NCBI RefSeq assembly: GCF_001194135.2
Contig: NC_068985.1
Location: forward strand, 17,233,461 to 17,297,460
DNA length: 64,000 bases
From: Octopus bimaculoides
Taxonomy: Eukaryota
Reading direction: 5' to 3'
Under the pieces are notes generated by a model. The model worked only from the letters and a program-made list of their open reading frames with translations. It searched no databases and was not told the origin of the DNA. This document shows, one piece after another, positions 40,473 through 53,420 of the stretch. The position numbers and the translations under genes are program-made. How positions within the stretch are numbered: the stretch's first letter is position 1; each line of letters opens with the position of its first letter.

Positions 40473-40517
40473 TCTGTGCTGATGAAGGGAAATAACCTGG
40501 AAATCGCAATACACAGA
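40473..40517 (+). ncRNA. Minimal type-I hammerhead motif inside an insertion in the Chapaev-like remnant
   Basis: UCUGUG-CUGAUGA-AGGGAAAUAACCUG-GAAAU-CGCA-AUA-CACAGA. Perfect 6-bp stem I, short stems II and III. Confidence 0.55.
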
Positions 40518-40740
40518 TGTTGTTTTGAGCTGAGTGGGGGTGCTAGATTCCCTTGTTTGAAAATATAAGGACACAGATTGTGTTGTATAGCCAGCTGGAG
40601 ATGATGTCTCCTGGGGCTAAATTACAGCAACATTCGTCCTAAACCAGGACTGCCATGTTATGTTGGCAAATAATCTTTACTCCAAAGTACTGTTGCTGAA
40701 TATCTCTCATTGTGAGATTTACAAATAGTAATTTTAATAG

Positions 40741-41278
<538 letters not shown>

Positions 41279-42639
41279 TATAGAAAAGGTTTTAAATCAT
41301 ATAAAATATAGGGAACATAAATCATATGAGTTGACTTTAAAATGGTTAAATTTCAGCTAGGACCACAAATAAGGTATACTAAATATCTCTGCTTCTTTTG
41401 CTTATGGGACAGCAGAGCCAAAGAAGAACATTGTTTCAAACAAATGGCCAGCATGAACATCACTTACTGTCAGAGAAAAAAATGTAATTAATCCACCTTT
41501 AGTGTTCAGAGATAAAATCATATCCCCTCCTCTGCATATCAAACTAGGCCTCATTAAACAATATGTAAAAGTTTTAGATATGAACAGCAAGTGTTTCAAA
41601 TACATAAATTCAAATGTAATGAAAAAAATCAAGGTGGGAATTTTCAACAAGCCACAAACAAGAACATTAATTAAAGATTGCAATTTTCCTAATGTCATGG
41701 ATGAACACGAAAAAATGCCTGGTTTTCATTCATGGATTTCATAGAAAATTTTTTAGGCAATTATAGGGCAGATAACTACAAAGAAATTGTGAAAAAAAAC
41801 TTCTAAGGGACTACATAGGTTGCAATATGAGAATAAAAATGCATTTTTTTAAATAACCATCTTGACCAATTTCCAAGAAATTTAGGAGGAACAGTACCAA
41901 GGACACCAGGATTCCCACATAATGGCTAATTGTTGTTGGTGCTTGAAAAGAGACCTTCCATCAACAAGCAAATACGCTAGAAAGTCTTACAAAAGAAAAT
42001 TGTTGCCAAAGTGAAAGCTTCGTTTTTCTTTATTTTTTGTAACTTGAAAATAAATTTGAACACATCATAATTTTTTAGTTCTAATCTGAAAACTCTGGAA
42101 AATGGCACATAGGCTGTTGACAAGAATCAAGATCTGATAGAGCCAAACCAAGTCAAAATATGTATCCAGCACACCAAAATTACTTAGAATCAAGTGCCAG
42201 ATATCATTCAATAAAATATGTGTTCTCTGGTGTTATCTGAGAACACTGGTAGAAGAGGTTTCCCAACAGAGTACTATCATCAACTTTTACATTTTCACAC
42301 AGATTTTCTCAAACCATTTTTTCCTTTACTACATTTGCTGCACCTACACATTTGTAAAAAAAAATAATTTTTACAAGTGCTGTGTCACAAAAAAGCTCTC
42401 TGTACACTCTGAAGAGGTTGGCATCAAGAAGGGCACACAACTGAAGAAATCAGCTGCTACATTAACATTCTATACTACATTAAAAATAAAAGCTATCCAA
42501 CTATATAAGCCCAGGTACGCTTGTGTGATTAAAATATTCACTTTGCAACCATGTAGGTTCAGGTACAGTTCTACTGTGTGGTGCTTTGGGATATAAACCC
42601 AGGCCAACCAATGTCTTGTGAGTAGAGTTGATAGATGGA

Positions 42640-43560
42640 AACTGAGTGTCAGTTTTCCTGGATGTTTGGTCTTGAAATCCTTTCGTAACTACCTCAGTAA
42701 GTTTGTACAGTATTCTCAATTGACAGTGTGGCCCTTTTGAAGATAGTCAATAAACACAATGCTTTTTGCATCCCAAAAAACTGAGACTATCACCTTCCCT
42801 GAAAATGAAATGACCTTGGCCTGCTTTTAGAGCAAGTGAGGAGGAATGTTTTCACTGCATGAATTGTTTCTTTGTGATTAAAATTATCAACCATTCACCT
42901 GGGTTAACAATCATTCAAGGTAATCAAGAGGATCTGTCTCAAACAATGTCAAATTTTCCTGTGATGTAACCAGTCTGGTGCACTTTTGATCAGGTGTGAC
43001 ACCCATCAGGCAGAAACTTTTATCATGTGACGAGCTGGCAGAAACGTTAGCCACCGGATGAAATGCTTAGCGGTATTTCGTCTGCCGCTACGTTCTGAGT
43101 TCAAATTCCGCTAAGGTCGACTTTGCCTTTCATCCTTTCAGGGTCGATTAAATAAGTACCAGTTACGCACTGGGGTCGTTTGTCTGTCCTTGTTTGTCCC
43201 CTCTGTGTGTAGCCCCTTGTGGGCAGTAAAGACATAAGAAACTTTTATCATGCCAAATTCATTGTGCAGAATATTCTCAACTCTCTCATGGGATATGCTA
43301 CTAGGTGAACATGATCAATGTTTTCCTCAGTGGGGGCAGTTGCAGGATGTCCAGATCTTGGGCCATCGTCAAGACTCTCTTCTCCTCCTGAATTAAGTTG
43401 CCCACTTTTGCACTGTTGATGAAGCTGGAGTGTCATCCCCATGATGTAGCAACCATGTCAGCCTGAATATCCTTGGGGGACTAACCCTTTTTCTGCAGAC
43501 ACTCGATAACACCACATTGCCAAATTTTGTCCATTTTCAAGAAAAGTCGCTACTAGTTAC
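42640..43560 (-). pseudogene. Degenerate mariner transposase remnant, split by a SINE
   Basis: MDKIW... N-terminus, ESLDDGPRSGHPATAPTEENIDHVH HTH linker and KVSA*WV-like motif, with many frameshifts. Confidence 0.75.
43028..43236 (+). mobile_element. tRNA-derived SINE family S4 inserted in the mariner remnant
   Basis: B box GAGTTCAAATTCC, central GTCGACTTTGCCTTTCATCCTTTC..AAGTACCAG domain, 16-bp TSD agaaacttttatcatg (43012-43027 / 43237-43252). Confidence 0.9.
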
Positions 43561-44162
43561 TTTCGAAGTCATTTTTGCTGGAAAGAAACAAAATTACACA
43601 GCTCCAGTTCATTCCTTCATAATCACTTTATTAACTTTTCAAACGCCCTCCCCCTACCCTCTACTCCTCTTATACCCCCACTCCACAACACTTAAACATT
43701 TAACTAAAACTTTTATTCCCAGAACTGCAATCTTGTGAGACTTTGTCCATGTCCACTTATTACCTACAAACATCATCAATCTATAAACATTGAAGCTGAA
43801 TATCAAGCACATTGACCTCACCAATCTGGGAGGGGCTGAAAAGTTATCATAGATATTACCTCCTGGTTTCTAGACTAAGTATACAATTTTAAAAAAAAAC
43901 AATTTTTTAAAATACATCTCAACATCTGTTCTTCTTCCACAGCACTAATTTAATTATTATGAAACAAAGAAAGACTGCAGAGTAATTACTTTGATTAGTT
44001 AATTTGAAATGATGCTGACAGGTTTACATTCACTTAATTTGAATATATGTGCTTTTGTAGCAACTAGTAATGTGGTTGTTTGCTTTAAGAAGGAAATATA
44101 ATAAATGTTATCTTCATATTTCTACCTGTATTATTATCATTATTATTATTATTATTATTATT

Positions 44163-44370
44163 AAGGCTGGGAGAATCATCAGCATGCCAGACAAAGTGCT
44201 TAGCAACACTTCGTCCATCTTTATATGAGTTCAAATTCCACCGAGGTCAACTTTACCTTTTGTCCTTTTGGGGTTGACAAAATAAACACCCGTAGAGCAC
44301 TAGAATTAACATAACCAACTTAGCCCCTTCCCGGAAACCTCTAGCCTTGTGCCAAAATTTAAAACCATTG
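44163..44370 (+). mobile_element. SINE S4 after an (ATT)n tract
   Basis: Homology to other S4 copies. Confidence 0.75.
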
Positions 44371-45021
44371 TTATTATTATTGAGTGAGAGAGCAGTGCAT
44401 GCCGTCAAAGTGAGACTGGGGTAAAATATGCGCAGCCCAGTGTACCCATCATGACTACCCGTCTGATAAGGGTACACCAGGCACATGCATCACAACCATA
44501 TGTGCGCGACATGGTGATTTCATATCAAAATAAACAGCACATGACCTTGCAGGTGGGACCCAGTTAGAATGTTCTTCTGGTCAAGTAGCCCATCCCGCTC
44601 AAAAGGTCCCTAAATAAGGATTGTTTAAGGATGATGAACAAAACACCCATGTTTCCAGAGATGAATTATTCAAACCCCAAAGATTTCCTCTCAACACATG
44701 GCTCTGATGCTCCTCCACTACTACTGCTTGTGATCAGAGATGCACATATTGTCAGCCACCGAGGGACATGCTCAACTGGTTACGGTCAAACAACTGGCAA
44801 GCAAATGTGTGGCATTGAGCAGAATATTTGCAGTAGCCAATCTTTTACACCAAGACAAAACATCCAAGATCAGAAGCCATGATAGCCAATGCCTATTATC
44901 TTTTTTTTTACCTTTCCATTATATGTAAACCCCAACACTTTATGTCTGTGTTTGTATTGTCCACCTCATCCTTTGCCCCTGTGACAAATAAAAGTCATCA
45001 TTATTATTATTATTATTATTA

Positions 45022-46410
45022 CTAGCAGAGATACCTGTGGTTGCATGGGATTAAAATGGCATAGTTTGTATATATATATTACGTTATGATGAAACGTGAT
45101 ACAGGAAGGTGCAGCATTGACGACAAAATATTTGTGGAGTAAATGATGGGCTAATTTGACTAAGTGACATGTCATGTGTCCATTTGGTGAATTCCAGGCC
45201 CTAACCTGATATGGAAAATTGGGGGTGGGTGTGTGTGATTTTTTGAACGCACTGAAAAGCTGTCAGTAAGTATACTCTCCTTTGCAGCGGTCGGCATTGC
45301 ATCTAACACAACCCATTGTATGGTTGACAGTCGAATGAATGTAGGTGTGATGGAGATATTGTATATAAATGGATACATTCCAGAAAGGGACAGCAATGGA
45401 AAAGTCAACTGTTGAAATGTTGCAGAAGGTGAAGGGCTGACACTAGACTGCTGGTGTGGCTGTAGAATAAGAAATATAAACTGAGCCTACACAGTCACAT
45501 GAGAATATGTAGTAATGAATTACTTGAAAAAATAAGGCGTAATGGCTTACTGTGTGGTTGGTGGGAGTAATTGGAGAATATGCTTTGATACTAAAGTCCA
45601 AGCAGGAAACTGCTTTGTTGGTGCAGTCTTCAGGTTTGTTGGTATTATACCAAAATGGTATCCATCTTCACCATTCACAAAGAACAGTAAATACTGGAGC
45701 ACATCATAGGATGTAGTAATTCCTACCAAACCTCTTGGTAAACAATATTCTTTGTTTTCCCTTGTGGAACAAATGCAAATAGATTTTTTTGCATCCTACT
45801 CTAGAACAGCCAACATATAATTGCCCATGTGAGAAGCACAACTCTTCCAAGTGAAGTCCTACCACAGACAATGTTTGACCCTGGGGTTTATTGATAGACA
45901 TTGCAAAGCTGATACGAATAGGAAATTCCACTCTTCTGAATGAAAAAGGAATTTCTGCTCCCAATGGAATGAGAGGAATCCAGGATATGAAAACATCTTC
46001 TCCTTTTTCCCATCCAGAGAGAATGGTGACCTCAATAACATGTGGCATCATCTTCTTTACCCCCAGGTATGTCCCATTTCAGAGTGTTGGTGGATCCAAA
46101 TTCCTCAGTAACATTACTGGAGTTCCCACTGTGGGGAGGTAGTCCGGGAGGCTCCAATGAATTGAGAAATTTTGTTGGATTATTTACCACCTGTTCTGGA
46201 TCTGAGATTGTATCAACTGACAAATAGATGTGAGGACTCCAGAAAGGTACTGCAGCAGCTGCTCATTAATTTTACTTTCAGTGCTGTTTTTTGGAGCCAG
46301 TATTGCTCTTTCACACAGCCAACTGAGGTTGTGATAATTTTTTGACCAATGAAGGATCTCCTCTTTGGAGATATTATATCAAGATATATGATGTAATAAA
46401 ATAAGATGAC
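45022..46410 (-). mobile_element. Helitron 3' remnant with PIF1-like helicase fragment
   Basis: WLCERAILAPK, FLNSLEPPGLPPH, FPIRISFAMSINKPQGQTL, FSHGQLYVGCSRV. The 3' end is hairpin CCCATG-caac-CACAGG then CTAG|T at 45022. Confidence 0.85.
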
Positions 46411-46413
46411 AAT

Positions 46414-46519
46414 TCATCATCATCATCATCATCGTTTAACGTCCGCCTTCCATGCTAGCATGGGTTGGACGATTTGACTGAGGACTGGCGAAACCGGATG
46501 GCAACACCAGGCTCCAATC
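46414..46519 (-). mobile_element. S2 copy, short, adjoining the upstream end of the Helitron remnant
   Basis: Reverse-complement homology. Confidence 0.8.
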
Positions 46520-47227
46520 CAATTGTACATTAATAATGAAATGTCAATAAAATAAGGTAAATAATATCAATATCTTAGCAAGTTTTAAGAAATAAAATAC
46601 AATGAAGTGAGATGGCACTGTTATGTTAAAAATTAAATGTCAATAAAGAACACTAATTAATATCAATATTTTAAAAAGATGAAAAACATTCAGCAGATTA
46701 ATCCCGCTGGATGTAAGGAAGACAATCAATTTCTGAAAGTTACTTCACAAAGAGTTACCTCGCTTCTCCATATAACCCAGGGAAGGAAGTTTTGTGCTCC
46801 CAGAGGGCCCGTTACTCATTATGTGAAAAATTTTAAGAGTCTAAAACCATCTCTGGAACATAAGTAATGTATGTTCCCAATTTAGAGAAAATCAGTTGTG
46901 AACCTCATAAGTTATGTGGGCTTACGCACACACACAGAGACAACCTGACTTTTATATATATATATATATATATAATTATTATTATTATTATTATTATCAT
47001 TATTATTATTATTTAAGACAGCGAGCTGGCAGAATTGTTAGCACATTGGAGGAAATGCTTAGCGGTATTTCATCCATCTCTATGTTCAGAGTTCAAATTC
47101 TGCCATGGTCAACTTTGCCTGTCATCCTTTCGGGGTTGATAAATTAAGTACCAGTTATGCACTGGGATCAATGTAATTGATTATCCCCCTCTCCCAAATT
47201 TCAAGCCTAGTGCTAAAAGTAGAAAGG

Positions 47228-47262
<35 letters not shown>

Positions 47263-47532
47263 AGGCGGTGAGCTGACAGAATCATTATCCCGCTGGGTGA
47301 AATGCTTAGCGGTATTTTGCCTGCCATTACATTCTGAGTTCAAATTCCACCAAGGTAGACTTTGCCTTTTATCCTTTCAGGGTATATAAATTAAGAACTA
47401 GTCAAGTACTGGGGTCGATGTAAACAACTATCCCCCTCCCCACAAATTCCAGGCCATGTGCCTATAGTAGAAAGGATTGTTATTTACATTATTTACATTT
47501 GACGGATATTTGTCCTCATCTTGTTTGTTGTT

Positions 47533-47578
47533 AACACAACATTTCAGCTGATATACCCTCCAGCCTTCATCAGGTGTC
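47533..47578 (-). ncRNA. Minimal type-I hammerhead motif (H1, copy B)
   Basis: GACAC-CUGAUGA-A-GGCUG(gaggguauau)CAGCU-GAAAU-GUU-GUGUU. Intact core with G-U wobbles at former CpGs. Confidence 0.7.
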
Positions 47579-47717
47579 TTGGGGAAATTTTGAATCTGGG
47601 TTCTCATTCCTAAGGTATTTTTCGATGTTATCATTATTATTATTATTATTATTCAGGTCACTGCCTGGAATCGAACTCGGAATCTTGGGGTTAGTACCCA
47701 ACACTCTTAACCACTAC

Positions 47718-47790
47718 GGGCATATGGCATAGTGGTTAAGAGCACAGGCTACTAACCGCAAGATTCCAAGTTCGATTCCAGGCAGTGACC
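47718..47790 (+). other. tRNA-derived (Arg-like) SINE head with A/B boxes; not a functional tRNA
   Basis: GGGCATATGGCATAGTGGTTAAG...CTACTAACCGCAAGATTCCAAGTTCGATTCCAGGCAGTGACC, 73 nt, resembles eukaryotic tRNA-Arg(ACG). Acceptor stem is degenerate. Confidence 0.7.
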
Positions 47791-50700
47791 TGAATAATAA
47801 TAATGATGATGATAACAACAACAACAACAACAACGAAAAATACCTTCATGTACATAATTCCTCATCTCTTAAATATAGAACAGGATTGTTATTATTATTA
47901 AGGTGGCAAGCTGGCAGAATCGTTAGCAAGCTAGATGAAATGCTTAACGGCATTTCACCCGTCACTATGTTCTGAGTTCAAATTTAGCTGAGGTTGACTT
48001 TGCCATTCATTTTTTCAGGGTTGATAAATTAAGTACCAGTGAAACACTAGGGTTGATATAATCAACTATTCTCCTTCCCTAAATTTTGGGCCTTGTGCCT
48101 ACAGTAGAAAGGGTTAGTATTATTATTATTAATAACAACAACGGTAATAATGATAATAACAATATCATTATATGCTTTCAGATATTATATTTTACATAAT
48201 CATTGAATATATATATATATAGCGAAGAAGTTAGACAAAGAAACTGCCTGGAAACACTATGCATAAAATAACACAATGGGACACATATTATTATATGTAT
48301 CATTGATGTTATCAATTTACAGTCATTGTAAATATATTCAATAAATGCTGTCCTCAATTCTGCAGCATTACTTTTTAATTACAATGTTTCTGAATGCAAG
48401 CAATAAAAGAAGAAAAATTTCCAAAGGATTTTAAAACAAAACATGTGGCAAGATATACTTATAGATTTAATGACCTGTTTCACTAACTCTTGTTCTACTG
48501 AATCTGAATTTAGATGAAATATTATCTTGGCAGTTTAAGTATTCTTATCTCCTTTCAAACTTTTGATAGCATACATTTAACAGGAGTGAAAATAAAATAC
48601 TCTATGTGCTTCTCATATCTAGAAATCAATAAAAGCTTGTGGTATTCTATTCTTCATAGCAGCCATAAGGTTTTTATACAATAATGTTACTAAATTGGTT
48701 ATATATTTGGAGAGGAAATAAAAGTAAACATGATAATTTCTTCCAGAAAAATTTCTTCTTCAGTGAAAATTCCATTAAACAAAATGCAATTGCAAACATT
48801 TCAATTTATTTTACATGCGATGGACTAATACATGATTTATTTTAATTAAATTAAAAAGTTATTATTTTTATGCAGAGATGGAGATTTATTTGAATATCAT
48901 TGTGCATCACTGCCATCGTTCACTCCATCTAAACATATCTGACTATAAAAAAATTAGATGCTACTGTTTTTGTCATGTCCATTTGCTTGATTGGTTGCTT
49001 GAGTGACCAGTCATTTATCTCAGAAATTATTGAAGCTAGAAGGTTAAAAAATGTTATCAATAATTACTTAGCAAAATGTAAATTTTATTTTCCATTCTTT
49101 TTGTTTTTCCTTTCCTAAGAAATTATTTGAAAGTTAAATATGCATCCCAGCTGCAGTCAACATGTCATATACTGGGTAAGATGCTGATAGCCTAATAAAA
49201 AGAAACAAATATATTCATCTTCATAAATGTAATTTTTTCAGATATTAGTGACCACAATAATGAGTAATACAAAACAGATTCACAGGATTAACATCAAGCT
49301 GATAATTTAAATAGAAAAAAAAAAAAAAAGAATACCAGCCTGATTATTCTATAATTAGTGATTTATGAGTAAATATGAATATAGTCATATTCTTATATAT
49401 GTAATATTACTACATATATAGTTTGGATAAAGATTGAACAGACAAGTTTCAATGTTGTTTAGCAACGTATGAAGCTTAACTCACCACTCTACTCCCAAGG
49501 TGTTGAGATAAGGTAGCAGAGTGTTACTTATTGAAAATGTAAACAAAATTAAGCGAGGCACATTTACATTAATGGTACACATGGGCTAATTTAACAGTGA
49601 TATTAAATGCAAATGGATAGGACTCAGCATATTTAATTATTTTTCTAAATACAACCTCATCATCATTTTACATTTGGGGGTTTTTTTTTCTATGCTGATA
49701 TGGAAAGGTTGTCCAATGTGAGCCAGACTTAAGAACACTTACGTCATTACTCTGCATCAGTTCTTATTTAGAATTACTGCTCTCCAAACTAGTAATACAG
49801 CTTGCAGAGTCCACATCTTTTACATGTGCTAAATGTTTTTGACATGGTTTCTACACCTAGATGTCCTTCCTACTTACAGAATGAACTGAGTTTATTTTCT
49901 CTACTCTATATCAGTTCTTACTCAAAGTTACTGCTATCACAGACAGTTAACTCGTGATGCAACTTACAGAGTCAACATTTCAATTGTATGTTCTCTACAT
50001 GTAGAGAAAAATTCCCGTTATTTTCATTTGTTAGCTATAGATGCTCTAAAATTGTGGTCTTTCTCTTGAATGACACCGTTAGTGCTGAGAAGGGAGACTT
50101 GCATTTTGGGGCAACTACTAGGCTTCCATAAAAAAAAAAAAAGAAACCTTGCCCACCTCTGCATGCACAGTTGCATATAATATGGTAAACCTCGACAGAC
50201 AGAGGACCTTGGATTTATGATAATAAATGGTTTGAACATTTTAAAATGAATCCTTTTCATGATGTAAAAGCTTTAAAATCAAGAGAACAAACTATGGACT
50301 CAACAGGGACAATTCTGAATGCATACATCTATAGTTTCTCTTGTTTTGATTTTACTGACAAGGCTTGGGTCAACACAAGGCTGTGGTAGTAGATATGTAG
50401 CCCACAGTTCTATCAAACTCAAAACCATGCAATCATGAAATTTCTTAACTTACAAGGCTATGTCTGCACCCAGTGGTGGAATTAGTAGTTTACTTAGAGA
50501 TAATCCATTTCTTCACAGTCCTTCTGATAAGGATGTCTTTATGGAAACACTATCATGTTTTCCAGTGTTTATATGGGTGCCAAATTTCAGAAGTTAGACA
50601 TTTCTGTATGTATCTTTAAATCTGATTTCTAATCACTGGTAGTCCTATCCTAGTTAATATGATTCCTCATGATGACAGAGTAATTTGTAGAATAATAAGC

Positions 50701-50796
50701 AAAATTCTTCTTTTACAATGGCACTTGCTTTCAACAATAATGAATAATTACAAATAAAACTTTTTTAAATACTTGACAATGAAAATTCTTACATCA

Positions 50797-50985
50797 TCAG
50801 TATCATCATCAACGTCGTTTAACGTCCGCTTTCCATGCTGGCATGGGGTGGACAGTTTGACTGAGGACTAGCAAGCCAGAAGGCTGTACCAGGCTCCAAT
50901 CTGACGTTGCAAAGTTTCTCCAGCTGGATGCCCTTCCTAACGCTAACCACTCCAAGAATGTAGTGGGTGCTTTTTACATGTCACA
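50797..50985 (-). mobile_element. S2 copy, diverged
   Basis: Reverse-complement homology. Confidence 0.7.
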
Positions 50986-52636
50986 CATGTATGCTGTTTG
51001 AAAGCTGATTATTAATTAGTTTAGAGTATGTAACTTTATCAAAAGAAAGCAATTATTAAAGTGTACACTGTCTAGAAAATGTTCGTAAATTCTGATTATA
51101 ATATATTTTCATACAAATGTAATTTTGAAGATTCTTTTATTACTGAAGATTTCAACTTCACGATTCAATCACAAAACTAATTTTTATCACTGTAACATGG
51201 TCATTTTACACTGTAAAATAGCATTTTTTTAACATCTGTTTATAATTCTTCTGGAAATGTAAAAGTTGCCCAAATATTTGCAACTCTACTTCTACAGACA
51301 TATCAGTAAAAAACAGTTCTCTAAAGTATAAGTTTAATCTAGCGTCAGCCAAATTATGCTGATTCCAATATTCTTTCATATTTGTTGGATACTGTTCAAA
51401 ACAATAAACTGAAGACTTAAATTAACGTAATGCCTGATTTCTTCATAAATTCTAATGCTGTCTTTTAGTACTTGATATTGTTCTAAATTTATTTACTGTG
51501 CAACTGAGTACTATTAGACAAATAAAGGATACAAAGGAAAATTACATGTAACACATTAGGAAAATTGCACAAATTGGGAATCAAATGTATAAATATTATT
51601 CAGAGATTAGCAGAAAACCACCCAGAGGGTAGTCTTTCTGCTAGTATATACAATTAAAGAATTAATTTATATGATTGTTGATGGATTACATAATTTTCCT
51701 TGGATACATATAGCAAAATCTATGCTGATTGATTATATATGCCAGCTATCAACTAATATACAAACAATCTGAGAGAGTATGCAAGCTTCCCCTTACATCA
51801 AAGCTGATCAATATGCTGCTAAACCAGTATAACAATTCTTTAGTTATAAAATCTAATAAACAATTCTTTAGTAATAAAATCTCTGTGAAGGCACATGGCC
51901 AAGTGGTTAGGGTGTTGCACTCATGATTGCTAGATTGTGAGTTCAATTCCCAGACCAGTGGCATGTTGTGTTTTTGGGCAAAACACACAATTTCACATTG
52001 TTCTACAGGTGGGAGAGTAGCAGAACCATGTCAAGAGAAATGTTTTACGGCATATCTTCTGGCTCTCTACATTCTGAGATCAAACCTCACCTGCTTGAAG
52101 AAGGCAATGGGAAACCATTCCAGTATCCATCCCAAGTCTAACCATGGTAGTCAAAATTCCAGTAATCTACTCAATGGCAGCAAAGGAGAGTACACACCCT
52201 CCCAAGTGGTATGGAGAGTGCAGGAGAAGGTTCACATGCACACAACCAAGCCAAGGGCAGACCACCACTAGACTAAAAAATTTATAGTTTTACAAAATAC
52301 AAACTATTTTAGAGAAAGGGTCAGTGTATATTCTTATATAGAACTGAGGAGACAAAAACAATACATGCAATTAATGGGGAAGAAATAATGTAGTGGAGGT
52401 TTCAATTAGAGTGCAGGCTTATTCATCTAAGTGTGACCAACCAAAAACTGAAACTTATCTGAAAGTAACAGATGACTTTTGTTATAGAATTTGTTTAGGT
52501 ACAGGAATGGTTGTGTGGTTAAGAAGTTTTCTTTGTAACCATCTGGTTCCTGGTTCATTTTCGTTGTATGTTACCTTGGGCAAGTGTTTACTTCCATAGC
52601 TTCAGGTTTACTAATGCTTTGTAAACAGAATTTCAT

Positions 52637-52681
<45 letters not shown>

Positions 52682-52725
52682 AAGAGGGAGAGAGAGAGAG
52701 AGAAAGAGGGAGAGANNNNNNNNNN

Positions 52726-52779
<54 letters not shown>

Positions 52780-53209
52780 CATCAATGTATTGTGGTGAAA
52801 AATGAAAACATCAATGAGATAATCAATAAACTGGTGCTTTGGAACTAGAATAACCTATAGTATTTGTTCTGCCCAAGTTGCATAGAAACTCTTGTGTCAT
52901 TTTCTCTATCATAAATACAGCGAATGAGAGGATGGCCCATTAGAAATCTGTAACTTGTGATACTTGTTCACTAATTGAGACATAAAATATATAAATAAGT
53001 GGAACAAGGCAGAGCACAGTACCTAGAGTTCAAATATATTAAAATAATACCCGGCTGTCAAAATGCAGATCAAAATATATATTCGAGATAAGACTGTGAA
53101 GTGTAAAACAAATAGATAAGAAAATCTTGCAGAAATTCCATGAGTCACTAGCATAAAAATTAAGGCCTCTTGAGAAAGTAACCCAGAACCAATATACTTA
53201 GAATATAAG

Positions 53210-53420
53210 ATGGCAAGCTGGCAGAATTGTTAGCACACTGGGAAGAATGCTTAGAGGTATTTCTTCCTTCTTTGCATTCCAAGTTCAAATGCCACCAAGG
53301 TCAAATTTACCTTTCATTCTTTTGGGGGTCGGTAAAATAAGTACCAGTGGAAAATGGGGTCAATGTAGTCGACTTAACTCTTTTCCCAAAATTGCTGGCC
53401 ATGTGCCAAAATTTGAAACC
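53210..53420 (+). mobile_element. SINE S4, diverged
   Basis: Homology to other S4 copies. Confidence 0.7.

Larger units (their letters stand above)
47485..47881. mobile_element. Fold-back tRNA-headed, HHR-bearing element, copy B
   Basis: Same termini as copy A and a perfect 12-bp TSD aggattgttatt (47473-47484 / 47882-47893). Two head-to-head tRNA-like heads. The right arm is internally deleted. Confidence 0.85.
47018..48112 (+). repeat. Tandem array of three S4 SINEs separated by (ATT)n, hosting HHR element copy B
   Basis: Units at ~47018-47226, 47262-47484 and 47900-48112. Confidence 0.85.

Noticed and set aside
47718-47790. Functional tRNA gene
   Set aside because: Acceptor, anticodon and T stems are mismatched and it is embedded in a repeat. 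The same applies to the S1, S3, S4 and S5 heads.
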